In this document: one piece after another, positions 32,968 through 43,051 of the stretch
How the letters are laid out: each line of letters opens with the position of its first letter
Position numbering within the stretch: position 1 is the stretch's first letter
Notes under the pieces: model-generated
The model's database searches: none
The model's input: the letters and a program-made list of their open reading frames with translations, nothing else
What the model was told of the DNA's origin: nothing
From: an uncultured bacterium
Lineage (GTDB): Bacteria; Muiribacteriota; CAYSPT01
Length of the DNA stretch: 64,000 nucleotides
Assembly (NCBI GenBank): GCA_964432985.1
Contig: CAYSPT010000011.1
Span: 21,257 to 85,256 of the forward strand
Direction: 5' to 3'
Program-made: the position numbers and the translations under genes

Positions 32968-34086
32968 TTAGTCCTGTGAAACAGCATCAACCTCAATCTC
33001 AAACAGGAGATTATCGCGGCAAAGATCATTTTGCATGATTACCACCGGCAGGGAAGGTATTTCTCTTTGTTTCCAATACTGATCCAGTGCCGGAACGTCG
33101 CCTGCCATCTTAAAATATGCAGATGCCCGGGTAATGTTTGAATAGTTCATACTTCGGGATTCGAGGAGAGTTTCCATGGCTTCCATAGTATGAGCTACCT
33201 GGGCATGTATATCGTGAACGTAAACAGTCTTACCACCGGCATCAATGCTTGCTGTTCCAGAAATAAGTACCGCGCGATGGTCAGGCATGGTTATCTCTAC
33301 TGCCCTGCTAAATGAGCTTCCGTAGTCGGGAGCGGGACATTGACAGGGGGAGTCTACTTCCAGCACCCGAACATTCTCTCCCTTATCCTGAATGGCAATA
33401 GTACCGGCGACGAGAGCCGTTTCGTGTGGATTGCTGCCTCCGACGCCGGTACTGGCCGGCAGTAATCCTTTGAAGATTTCTCTTTCCATGAAGAAGTTAC
33501 CGCGCACAGCGTTGAATTTGTCATACCAGTCAAGGATGTTTTCGTTATAGAACCACGTCCGAACAACATTCGACATATCCATTCCGGCCCGGACGAGCAG
33601 CTTTTCCAGAGTAACCAGAGTATGTCGTGTTTGTTCTTCACGGGAAAGGGAGGTAAGGCTCGGGACAACATCGCCGAGCATACAGTACCGGGCGAAATCG
33701 TCATAGAAAACCCGTGCGGCGGGATTACCGTTCAGTAATATCGTTTCCACAGAAACGTTGGTTACAGCATGAACATGGAGGCCGGCCACAGGATGGCCGA
33801 AACAACCGATCCCCTCCACCCAGGTTACCGGCCAATCAACATGACCGAACACATTTTTAAGGGAACTCATAAAAGGCTTGAATTCACCGATAGACCCGAA
33901 GACATCGAACTTCACCACCCGGGCTTCCTGGTCTTCCAACAGGTGTTTCAGCCGTCCAATCACAGATGACAGTTTTTCACCTTGTTCAGGAGATATGGTA
34001 ATGAATACCTCCTTGATACCCTGCCGCTTGATGATTGACAGGAAAGTACCGGAATAAGGCTGTTTATTTATGGTAACGTTCCTCAT
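32968..34086 (-). CDS. RidA/YjgF-fold protein resembling FkbO/Hyg5-type chorismatases
   Basis: RTWFYNENILDWYDKFNAVRGNFF and LISGTASIDAGGKTVYVHDIHAQVAHTMEAMETLL resemble the R.WnY...I....Y..FN.gR and SGTASI.G....h..d...Q signatures recalled for the FkbO/Hyg5 family. From memory, not searched. Confidence 0.5.
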   Translation of the reverse strand: MRNVTINKQPYSGTFLSIIKRQGIKEVFITISPEQGEKLSSVIGRLKHLLEDQEARVVKFDVFGSIGEFKPFMSSLKNVFGHVDWPVTWVEGIGCFGHPVAGLHVHAVTNVSVETILLNGNPAARVFYDDFARYCMLGDVVPSLTSLSREEQTRHTLVTLEKLLVRAGMDMSNVVRTWFYNENILDWYDKFNAVRGNFFMEREIFKGLLPASTGVGGSNPHETALVAGTIAIQDKGENVRVLEVDSPCQCPAPDYGSSFSRAVEITMPDHRAVLISGTASIDAGGKTVYVHDIHAQVAHTMEAMETLLESRSMNYSNITRASAYFKMAGDVPALDQYWKQREIPSLPVVIMQNDLCRDNLLFEIEVDAVSQD

Positions 34087-34196
34087 TTCAACCCGAAAAG
34101 CACAGAGTATTATACCATTAACCAGAACAATGGAATTTACTTCATCACGGAGGAATGACAGCAGGTGTTAGCGGTGCGCACTGTCCTGCCGGGAGC

Positions 34197-35807
34197 TTAC
34201 TGCTGAAAGCCGCTGTACATCTCTTCGGGGACCTCTTCCGGTGCAGTATTTTCTCCCTGGCCAACATTTGGTGTTGCACCTGATATCACATCGGCGGCCT
34301 GGCCCTCCTGAGAGGAAACAATAGCTTCTTCAAAGTCTCTTGCCGTCCATGGGATCCGGGTGCTGGCAAGTTCGGGAGCATTATAGTTGTCGAGCAGGGA
34401 ATCGTAGAAGGTGGGATCTTTCTGCGGGAGGAGGAGCGGTTTGTGATCCCTGCCGGTTTCGTCGATGTAGCTGAAATAAATCTTGCTGAACAGGTTGTCG
34501 CGCCGCTTGCTGACATAGGCAATCCAATGCCCGTTACTCGACCAGCTGTGCCAGGAATCGGTCTGCTGGCTGTTATGCTTCAGTGGCCAGTACCGGCCGC
34601 TCAGGAGGTCCAGCATATATAGATCGGCGCTATCCTGGTAAATAGGGAAGTTTCCGTATTGAGTCAGGCACAGGAGAACGAACCGTCCATTGGGAGACAC
34701 TCGCGGCTCCAGTATGCTCAGGCCGGTATCTTCGCTGCTCAGGATGGTCTCTAATTCGCCCCAGGTCCCCGTCTTGATGTCGTAGCCGATTCTCATCAGA
34801 TCGTACTGCACAAACTTGTACTGCTGAAACGGTGGTCCTTTCCGTTCGTCCTTTCTTTTCGGGTTCCATCTGAGGGGAGTGCGGCAGAAGAAAAGGTATT
34901 TTCCGTCCGGCGACCACGAAGGAAATGTTTCGAGCTGGCCAGGATCGGAAATTCTACGGGTACTGACCACCTTATTGGGCTCCACCAGGTAAAGGGCCAG
35001 GTCAGATTTAAAATCGAAGACTTCACGGGGCTCACCGATGCTGTGGAAGTATTGACCGAGCTTGTTCACTGAGAAGGCCAGTGCCTCGCCGCTGGGATGC
35101 CATGACGAGTACGCTGCCGGAGAAGCATTGTACCGTGTTCGGGTATTGATCTTGCTGACGCTCTTCCCGCGGGCCAGCAGCATGGCCACTCCCTTTTTGC
35201 CTCGCATGTGCAGGATCATCTGCTCGGGATTGTTGTTGACGAACGTGTGACAGTTCACACATCCGTTTTTGTCGCCCAGCAGAATGGGAATCTCCTTAAA
35301 CGTTTCCACGTTTCTCTGGTAGATCCCCATCCTGGTGTACTTATTGTACAGAGGTTTCAGCCGCCGGTAAGCGATATAGGGATCGATTGTCTCCATGGCG
35401 ATACGGTTCGAGATGGTATCGTACTTTCGCCATTTTCCATCTGATCCCCGGGAGTAGATATCGAAATGCAGGGCTCCCCCGGCATTGGCAGATAACAGCT
35501 GGTTCCAGCGGGTGCGGGGGAACATGATCTTCGAGCCGCTGCCGACCACCACCAGTTCGTTATCGTTGTTGCAGTAGGCTTTTACCAGAAATTCCAATCC
35601 TGGTTCCTTGATGACGAAATTCAGTGGAGCGATGTTGGGTGGAATCGTGCAGCCGGAATAGTCGGGGTCAATGCGAGCGATAGTCCCGGCGGGGATAAAC
35701 CTCGCGGGTAAGACCGGCCTGGCCGAATATTTTCCAAACACCAGGCCCAGGGTACAGACGGCCGCAAGAACGGTTACAATCACCAGTGGCCGACGATACA
35801 TGATCAT
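34197..35807 (-). CDS. membrane-anchored PD40/TolB-like beta-propeller protein with a single CxxCH motif
   Basis: N-terminal TM anchor. CVNCH at 35248-35262. PD40-like repeats (WHPSGEALAF, WSPDGKYLFF, VSPNGRFVLL, WSSNGHWIAYV). The start overlaps the upstream gene stop (ATGA). Confidence 0.65.
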   Translation of the reverse strand: MIMYRRPLVIVTVLAAVCTLGLVFGKYSARPVLPARFIPAGTIARIDPDYSGCTIPPNIAPLNFVIKEPGLEFLVKAYCNNDNELVVVGSGSKIMFPRTRWNQLLSANAGGALHFDIYSRGSDGKWRKYDTISNRIAMETIDPYIAYRRLKPLYNKYTRMGIYQRNVETFKEIPILLGDKNGCVNCHTFVNNNPEQMILHMRGKKGVAMLLARGKSVSKINTRTRYNASPAAYSSWHPSGEALAFSVNKLGQYFHSIGEPREVFDFKSDLALYLVEPNKVVSTRRISDPGQLETFPSWSPDGKYLFFCRTPLRWNPKRKDERKGPPFQQYKFVQYDLMRIGYDIKTGTWGELETILSSEDTGLSILEPRVSPNGRFVLLCLTQYGNFPIYQDSADLYMLDLLSGRYWPLKHNSQQTDSWHSWSSNGHWIAYVSKRRDNLFSKIYFSYIDETGRDHKPLLLPQKDPTFYDSLLDNYNAPELASTRIPWTARDFEEAIVSSQEGQAADVISGATPNVGQGENTAPEEVPEEMYSGFQQ

Positions 35808-37765
35808 TGAGTTCCTTTCGGATGAACAGTGGCAAAGTAGAGAAAATAACTGTTGCCAAACGTCGCGTCCAGCTTTTTATTAAGTTCTCTCTCCCGGCCG
35901 GCATCGTTTTCACTATCAATGTCCTGCATTATTCGTGCAAACTGATCGAATCGTTTGTAGATACCAGGATCAATTTTGTATCCAAACAGCTGCGGTGCCG
36001 ACCTGGAAAACATCCTCGAGTATAGTACGACAGCCTCGGCGATATGCTCAGGGATTTGCTCGAATTTGAACTCGTTTTTCATTATCTCCAGACTTTCCAG
36101 CAGGGGGACAAGCTGCTTCGTGCAGAGATAGTAAGCCAGGAGATATTCGAAAGCCATCCGGTTGGACCTGTTCGCCAAAAGAAGCATCATCAGTGTCATA
36201 TTGGGCTCCGGCGACATCAAAATATCTTCTACCGGCATGCGCGTACGCACGCTCTTCACCTGCGGATCCGATGTCATTAAAGGATCTTTTTCCAGGCGTG
36301 TCAGGTACTCTTCGGCCCAACGATCGTGGATAACATCTTTCTTCATCGCGTTTAAAAAGACACGGGCGGCTTCGGGCTTCTGTTTAACGATATTGATCAT
36401 CGCCAGAAGGCGGAGAATACTCGGCCGCTCACCGACCAGTTCCAATGACTCGTGGGCCAGGTGCTCAGCGTCGTTCACACTTCCCAGATCGAAGAGCATC
36501 TGTTGATAACCAGGATAGTAAATCCCATCAGCACTCGACATGAGCAATGGAACAGGATGCTGCGGATAAGAAAACATCTTGTCGCCCAGTTGACCCGTTT
36601 CATAAAGAGCACGGTTAACGTCCTGTACCGTGAAGGCCAGGAAATAATCCTTATGGCATTTCCAGGCCGCTTGAAGAGTGCGCTCCCATTGGTGAGTCCG
36701 GGCATAGTAGTTGACCCACAGATTATCCCTGACGTTTCGGTCAAGGCCGGCGAACGCCGCCGCCAGGCCCACGACGATTACCATCAATGGTGCCCAGACT
36801 TTCCACCGGAACCGTGCGGTACCCAAATCCGTTCGATCTACCTCAGTCGTCTCATCAAAGACCTCATCGAAGCCAGATCGACGTATCACGGCGGTTGAAG
36901 CAAGGCTGAACAGAAAGAAAGCATACGTTGTCGATAAAGCGGCCGTCTTGACCACATAGACCACCGGCAGAATCCCCAGCAAGCTAACATAGGCTTCCCG
37001 GGCCGTCACATCAAGAATATAAACACTCGTCAACGGTACCAGGCTTCCAGCAATGAGGTAAGCAGCGCCCAGCCGGAACCTGTGTTTATTTTGCAGGATT
37101 TCCACCAGGCTGCTCAACAGAATAAACAATATGTATGGACCGGCGACCAGGTAGTGCAAGGCTGCCGCTAAAAATAAAAAAACAAAGAACCGCGGTAACC
37201 AACCGCCCAGTCTCCTGCGCAGCGACACGTACAACCAGGCTGTTAAAACAGCTAAAGCCAACGCGATGAACTCTCTTAAATAAAACGTATAGCGGACAAT
37301 GGGAATCAACAGTAGAATGACCGGGATATACTGAAAGCCGCGTGCGCTCCTGCCGGTGACCTTGCGAAAAAGCCTCGCCGACGCCAGGCTAATCAAAACC
37401 AGCACTGCAGTGATGATGGCCGGTCCGACCAAAGGGTAATAGTAGTACTGACTCAAGTAGGCTGAAACATACTCCACCAACCCACCTGGCCGTCCGACAA
37501 ACTGCAGGAAGAATTGCGTTCCCCTTAAAAAGAAGGGGAAGACTATCGATTGGCCCTCCAGGAGCGGATATCCGGCTGGGGGAATTGCGAGGTGGATTAC
37601 ATAATACAATAGCTGTGGATGCACCAATTGCCACAGGAACAGATAGATCAGCCCAAAGACCGCTGCATTTCCCAGGAAACCGCGCATCACAGATCTTCCA
37701 GAATGGGCGCAACGCTCTTCGCCTGGTTCCGGTTGCCGGACAGTCATCTCAATTTCAGCAGACAC
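35804..37765 (-). CDS. large polytopic membrane protein with C-terminal soluble helical domain (possibly DUF6057-like)
   Basis: About 10 hydrophobic segments in the first ~330 aa, followed by a ~300-aa soluble helical region. Translationally coupled to 34197..35807. Confidence 0.6.
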   Translation of the reverse strand: MSAEIEMTVRQPEPGEERCAHSGRSVMRGFLGNAAVFGLIYLFLWQLVHPQLLYYVIHLAIPPAGYPLLEGQSIVFPFFLRGTQFFLQFVGRPGGLVEYVSAYLSQYYYYPLVGPAIITAVLVLISLASARLFRKVTGRSARGFQYIPVILLLIPIVRYTFYLREFIALALAVLTAWLYVSLRRRLGGWLPRFFVFLFLAAALHYLVAGPYILFILLSSLVEILQNKHRFRLGAAYLIAGSLVPLTSVYILDVTAREAYVSLLGILPVVYVVKTAALSTTYAFFLFSLASTAVIRRSGFDEVFDETTEVDRTDLGTARFRWKVWAPLMVIVVGLAAAFAGLDRNVRDNLWVNYYARTHQWERTLQAAWKCHKDYFLAFTVQDVNRALYETGQLGDKMFSYPQHPVPLLMSSADGIYYPGYQQMLFDLGSVNDAEHLAHESLELVGERPSILRLLAMINIVKQKPEAARVFLNAMKKDVIHDRWAEEYLTRLEKDPLMTSDPQVKSVRTRMPVEDILMSPEPNMTLMMLLLANRSNRMAFEYLLAYYLCTKQLVPLLESLEIMKNEFKFEQIPEHIAEAVVLYSRMFSRSAPQLFGYKIDPGIYKRFDQFARIMQDIDSENDAGRERELNKKLDATFGNSYFLYFATVHPKGTQ

Positions 37766-38076
37766 TGTGGCATTCTCCCATAAACATTGGGTTGATTATA
37801 ACATAATTAGTTTCTCGTTTAAATTTGACACGCGCCCCGCAACTTTGCACTATTGCTTTGTACAATTGATGAAGAAAAACATAGCAAACCACCAGTATGA
37901 AAAACGAAATCTGTCATGGCTCCGCTTAATCCGGATTCGTTACGTTTTGACAATGTCCGGCTTTACATAAATGATAGCCGATATTGCTAATTGTCTTTCG
38001 ATAGCCTATAATGATTCGCTTTAAGTGTTACTACATAGCTGGCATTGTTTGTTGAGCCATCTTACCAAAGGAGCTG

Positions 38077-40755
38077 ATGAAATTCATGCATAAACGCATC
38101 GATTATATTTCCTGCCTGCTGACCGTGGTGCTTCTCGTCTCACTGGCCTCCTCCGTCGCCGCTTTTGACTCTCCCCGGGAAAAGACAGAGGCGCTGAAAC
38201 TGGTATCGCAGATACAGGACCCGGGAACCAGGCTGAAAATTAAGCAGAACATGCTTCTGGGCACTATCAAAACCTACCGGCAGCTGGAAAGTATAGTGGC
38301 CTCGCATTTCAGTGCAAAACCTCTCGGCTCCGAGCTGGTCACCGATATCAGGGAGGTATTCCTGTTTCAGGGATCCCAGAGCCACGACCGGCAGGCAAAG
38401 CTCAGGATCCAGGATTTCATCGAACGGGTTCTTAACAATCCAGGGCGGCTGCAGGTGGAGCTCTTTTGCTCTGAAGACCGGATCGTGCTGCGGGATGTGG
38501 GCAATCCGGAGTACAGCGCCGTTATCGATGACCCCCGCCTGGTACGGGAACTATTCAAGCGGCACACCGGGCACGTGCGCTCGGATTACCTGCTGTTCGA
38601 CGGCCGGATAATTCAACAGGTAAATATAGCCGGCAGCTTCAACGGCTGGAACCCGGATTCAACCGCCGCCCAGATGACCTTGACCGACGGCCTCTGGAAA
38701 ACGAACATATCTCTTAATCCCGGCGTCATCGAGTACAAATTCACTGCCAATGGCGGCTGGCTGAAAAACTGGGGAACCGGCACCGCGGACCCGGCCCTGC
38801 CGCAGCAGGGGACGGCCTATCCCGGGGATGATAATATCAAGGCGAAGATAACCATGGCCGGTGTTCATGAGTTTACCTTCAACCCCGAAACCGGCGGCTT
38901 CACCTTAGACAGGGATCCCGATTCCGATGATCCGCAACCGCCGTCTCCGCCACCACCGCCGCAGCCGCCACAGCCTCCCTCGGGAAAGGATTTCCGCGAA
39001 GAAAGCATCTATTTTCTGCTCACCGCCAGGTTCTACGACGGCGACCCGGACAACAATTTCTACTGCCGTGACCGCATCAAACCGGGCGACCCGCACTGGC
39101 GCGGCGACTTCAAGGGGCTCATAGAAAAGCTTGATTATCTTAAAGCCCTCGGCTTCACCGCCATCTGGATCACCCCGCCGGTGGAGAACCGAAGCGGGCT
39201 CGACTATCATGGCTACCACGCCTATGACTGGACCCGTATCGACTCGCGCCTGGAATCACCCGGCGCTTCCTACCAGGACCTCATCGACGCCTGTCACGCC
39301 AAGGGAATCAAGGTCATCCAGGATGTGGTGGTGAACCACTCCTCAAACTACGGTATCCGCGGCCAGGTCTGGATCGACAGGCTGCCGGTCAAGTATTTCC
39401 GCGAGCCCGGCATGAACCTGACGCCGCCCTACACCGGCAACCTGGGCAATTACCAGCATCCGTACCGCATGGACAACGATAACCCGGCGGCACCCGACTG
39501 GTTCAGAGAACGGAACAGCTCCGATCCCGACGGAGAGGTCCCCCTGCTGGACCCGACCACAGGGATCACGGTCCCCACCGTTAACATAAGCCCCAACCGG
39601 TTCTTCGGTACCGATGCCGGCACCCTCGCCCCGGAGTGGTACCACCAGAACGGCTTCATCTCCGGGGGAGACTGGGAGAGCCCCTGGCCGCTTCAGACCA
39701 AGCATCTGGCCGGCGACTGTATCGATCTGGCCACCGGGCGCCAGAATGTCCGTGATTATATCAACGGCGCGATCAAGACGTATCTCGACATGGGGGTCGA
39801 CGCCATACGGGTCGACACGGTAAAACATGTAGAACGCGGCGACCTGCTCTCGTACGTCAATACCTGGAAAGCACACAAGCCGGGGCTGTTCGTGTTCGGA
39901 GAAAACCTGGTTAAAGGACATGGCTGGGGGGATCTCGGCGGGGATAACGGGCCTTCCGATATCAGGCCCTGGTGGTATACGCGGCTGGGAAATGACCGGA
40001 GCAACCCCCGGTCAGGTCCCGATTCAGGCTTTTCCGTGCTCGATTTCTCGCTGTTTTCAACCTTCCGCGACAATCTGAGCCACGGTCACTACGGCGGTAT
40101 CGGCGGCGTTCTCGGGATGGATTGGATTTATGGCGATGTCACCCAGCTGGTGACCTTCCTGCAGAATCATGATGTGGGGCCGGACAATGATTTCAAATAC
40201 CGCTTCAAGGGAAACAATCGCCAGGCGGCAACAGCCTATAACATGATCTGGACCATCCGCGGTATACCCTGCCTTTATTACGGGGAAGAGATCGCGTTCA
40301 TGCGCGGAGCGCCGCAGGATATCTGCGGCAATGACGACACCCTTGACACCACCGGGCGGGCATATTTCGGAGATCACCTCGAAGAGGACACTATCGGCGC
40401 CACCATGAATCACCCGCTTTTCAAGCATATCGCCAGGCTGAATCTGATCAGACGCTCCGTCCCCGCCCTGCAGAAGGCGCCCATGAGCCACGTGAACGAA
40501 TGGGGCGCGGGCATGAGCTTTGTCAGGAACCATAATCACGGCGAGAGTTATGCCGTGGTCGGCCTGTCTGCCGGTTCCGGCCAGGGGATCACGGTAGGCG
40601 GCGTGTTTAACGGTGTGTACCGCGACGCGGTCACCGGCAATGAAATCACCGTTACCGACGGTACCATCAGCTTCCACGTAAAGGGCGCCTCGGCCGGTAT
40701 ATACGTATTGAACGGGCCAGGCAAGATAGGGCAGGACGGCGCATACCTGCGATAG
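38077..40755 (+). CDS. secreted GH13 alpha-amylase family enzyme with N-terminal domain, glycogen/starch-binding-like module and Pro-rich linker
   Basis: GH13 regions DVVVNHS (I), GVDAIRVDTVKHV (II), FVFGENL (III) and FLQNHDV (IV). CBM-like VNIAGSFNGWNPD...EYKFTANGGW. Linker PQPPSPPPPPQPPQPP. AAGGAG RBS. Confidence 0.85.
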   Translation: MKFMHKRIDYISCLLTVVLLVSLASSVAAFDSPREKTEALKLVSQIQDPGTRLKIKQNMLLGTIKTYRQLESIVASHFSAKPLGSELVTDIREVFLFQGSQSHDRQAKLRIQDFIERVLNNPGRLQVELFCSEDRIVLRDVGNPEYSAVIDDPRLVRELFKRHTGHVRSDYLLFDGRIIQQVNIAGSFNGWNPDSTAAQMTLTDGLWKTNISLNPGVIEYKFTANGGWLKNWGTGTADPALPQQGTAYPGDDNIKAKITMAGVHEFTFNPETGGFTLDRDPDSDDPQPPSPPPPPQPPQPPSGKDFREESIYFLLTARFYDGDPDNNFYCRDRIKPGDPHWRGDFKGLIEKLDYLKALGFTAIWITPPVENRSGLDYHGYHAYDWTRIDSRLESPGASYQDLIDACHAKGIKVIQDVVVNHSSNYGIRGQVWIDRLPVKYFREPGMNLTPPYTGNLGNYQHPYRMDNDNPAAPDWFRERNSSDPDGEVPLLDPTTGITVPTVNISPNRFFGTDAGTLAPEWYHQNGFISGGDWESPWPLQTKHLAGDCIDLATGRQNVRDYINGAIKTYLDMGVDAIRVDTVKHVERGDLLSYVNTWKAHKPGLFVFGENLVKGHGWGDLGGDNGPSDIRPWWYTRLGNDRSNPRSGPDSGFSVLDFSLFSTFRDNLSHGHYGGIGGVLGMDWIYGDVTQLVTFLQNHDVGPDNDFKYRFKGNNRQAATAYNMIWTIRGIPCLYYGEEIAFMRGAPQDICGNDDTLDTTGRAYFGDHLEEDTIGATMNHPLFKHIARLNLIRRSVPALQKAPMSHVNEWGAGMSFVRNHNHGESYAVVGLSAGSGQGITVGGVFNGVYRDAVTGNEITVTDGTISFHVKGASAGIYVLNGPGKIGQDGAYLR

Positions 40756-40774
40756 CAGAGGGTTTACTAGGGGT

Positions 40775-40892
40775 CAGGTCTCAACATTTGACATTTCTCT
40801 GATATTCAAATCTTACTTTCAAATCTTCTTGCTTGAGGGTGGGACTGACCAGCTTTGTTACCCTGCAGGTCTCAACATTTGACATTTCTCTG
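40775..40892. repeat. two perfect 27-bp direct repeats (caggtctcaacatttgacatttctctg) 91 bp apart
   Basis: 40775-40801 and 40866-40892, read directly. They lie between convergent genes. Confidence 0.9.
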
Positions 40893-40903
40893 TCAGACTC
40901 TTA

Positions 40904-41182
40904 TCAGTCCCGGAGCAGCCGTCCCCCGCCATTGTAGATACGGGAGCGGAAGTGCGTTGTCATCTCCGGCAGCTCTACCACTTCGAGAGACCTCTGGCGG
41001 TACTTGCCGTAGAACCACATGATATAGAGAACCACCAGGGGGATACAGAGGATCATAGCGGCCGGAACCAGACCACCGATGGCCGCACCCATCAAAGCTC
41101 CGATCATGGAGTGATCCACAATATCTCCCATAAAAAATCCTGCCGCACCTACGAGAACGGCACCGAGTACGATAGGGTGCAT
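40904..41182 (-). CDS. small Gly-rich membrane protein
   Basis: I prefer the start at the ATG preceded by GGAGG (MHPIVLGAVLVGAAG...). The ORF track extends the ORF to 41233. Two or three hydrophobic segments. Confidence 0.5.
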   Translation of the reverse strand: MHPIVLGAVLVGAAGFFMGDIVDHSMIGALMGAAIGGLVPAAMILCIPLVVLYIMWFYGKYRQRSLEVVELPEMTTHFRSRIYNGGGRLLRD

Positions 41183-41502
41183 CGAGTATCGACCTCCGTT
41201 CCAGAAATTTGATTCATTTAGTATTTTTTTCAAGCTTCAATCCATAGGTGTCGGCAAACGCCAAATTGTTGGAAACTTTTTTCAATGAATGAGGATGTTC
41301 TCAAGAAAAGAGTTCTTTACGAGTCACATTGCATTAACAAAAGCCTTTTCTTATTCCGGCCTCATTGCGACTGAAAAGACCTGTTCTTCATGTTTGATTC
41401 CTGTTGTTCTTGCCGCTGGCCGTGGACAGAGAGTATCATGAGAATAGCGTCAGAGACGCCGGCCGGACATTGTACTAGTTTGATAATTGAAAGGGTTTTG
41501 AG

Positions 41503-42765
41503 ATGATGCCCTCATTAACACATGATGTTAGACCTGACGGGGATGGAAAATCCCAGATATTAAGTTTACGGGAAAAAGAGCTTCTTTCTTTAATAGAGAT
41601 CTGCAAGCTTATTGGTTCCGTAATTGTACGGGATGAATTGTTGAATACCATAATAAAGGTAGTAAGAGACCTATTGGACGCTGAAGGTGCGTCCATTATT
41701 ATTTTAAGTGAAGACAAGAAGGAGTTATTATTCTGTGTTGTAACCGGAGAAAAATCAGATATTCTCAAAAAGATACGCCTTAAATATGGTGAGGGTATAG
41801 CCGGGAATGTGATAGCCCAATGTATCCCCGTTATTGTTAATGACGCTCAAAATGATCCCCGGTTTTGCAGCAGGATTGATGATGAATCCGAATTCAAGAC
41901 ACGTAACATTTTATGTGTTCCGATGAAAGCGGGAAATAAAATAATTGGAGCCCTCGAGGTTGTTAATAAACGTAATAATAAAGACTTTGATTTTTATGAC
42001 TCAAAAATTTGTGAGGCCATGGCCAGCCAGCCAGGAGTAGCTATAGACAGGGCGGATTTGATAGAAGAAAATTTGAAATCAGCAAAATTAGCGACTATTG
42101 GTCAGACAGTCGCAGGATTGGCCCATTGCGTCAAGAACATATTAAACGGATTGGAAGGCGGGCAGTACATAGTTAAGCGGGGCTTGGAAAAGAACGATGA
42201 AGCAAAGATAAATCGTGGTTGGAATATGGTTGAAAAGAATATCAAACGTATTTCAACGATGGTTTTTGACATGCTTCATTATGTGAAAGATCGTAAACCC
42301 GAGTACGCCGAAGTAGATCCTAACCAAACAATAGAAGAGGTCAAAGATTTGTTCCTGGTCCAGGCGGAGAAGGCCGGGGTAAGAATTGAAACCAAAATGG
42401 ATAAGAATCTGAACAAAGCCATGATTGATCCGAAAGGTCTTTACCGATGCCTGGTCAACCTTGTCAGGAATGCCATTGATGCTTGTACCGAACTGGACAA
42501 TGAAGGTGTGGTCACTCTGGAATCACGGCTCGATTCAGACGACCATTTCATAATAAGTGTTAATGATAATGGAATTGGTATGGATGAACAGATCTTGAAG
42601 AATCTTTTTACGAAGTTTTTTAGTACGAAGGGATCAAAAGGAACCGGGTTAGGGCTGCCGGTAACGTATAAAATCATCCAGGAACATAATGGTTCTATAA
42701 ACGTAGACTCACGCTCCGGAGAAGGAACGACGTTCAGTATCAGTCTTCCGTTGCTTCAACCATAA
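41503..42765 (+). CDS. cytoplasmic GAF-domain sensor histidine kinase (orphan)
   Basis: GAF-like N-terminal half. H-box-like GLAHCVKNILNGL, N-box LVRNAIDA, G1 VNDNGIGM and G2 GTGLGLPV. No adjacent response regulator. Confidence 0.8.
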   Translation: MMPSLTHDVRPDGDGKSQILSLREKELLSLIEICKLIGSVIVRDELLNTIIKVVRDLLDAEGASIIILSEDKKELLFCVVTGEKSDILKKIRLKYGEGIAGNVIAQCIPVIVNDAQNDPRFCSRIDDESEFKTRNILCVPMKAGNKIIGALEVVNKRNNKDFDFYDSKICEAMASQPGVAIDRADLIEENLKSAKLATIGQTVAGLAHCVKNILNGLEGGQYIVKRGLEKNDEAKINRGWNMVEKNIKRISTMVFDMLHYVKDRKPEYAEVDPNQTIEEVKDLFLVQAEKAGVRIETKMDKNLNKAMIDPKGLYRCLVNLVRNAIDACTELDNEGVVTLESRLDSDDHFIISVNDNGIGMDEQILKNLFTKFFSTKGSKGTGLGLPVTYKIIQEHNGSINVDSRSGEGTTFSISLPLLQP

Positions 42766-43051
42766 TTCCCGCCTCGGGGAAAGAACGTCCTCCAGTATCA
42801 GTCTTCCGTTGCTTCAACCATCACCGACTGAAGTCGGTTGATTGATCACGGTTGAGGTTACGCAGTCTTCCTTCTCGCGGATAATAAACATTTGTAATGT
42901 ATTTCATTGTTGGGTGTGCCATGGTCACTCTGGGAGTCCTGAACGCAAAAGGTATTATCGTTGTTAACTGCATTAGCTTGTTTTGATATACTGCCTGATG
43001 TTTAACTCTAATTATTGAATCAAGCATAAATTTTGGGCAGGTAGATATTCG

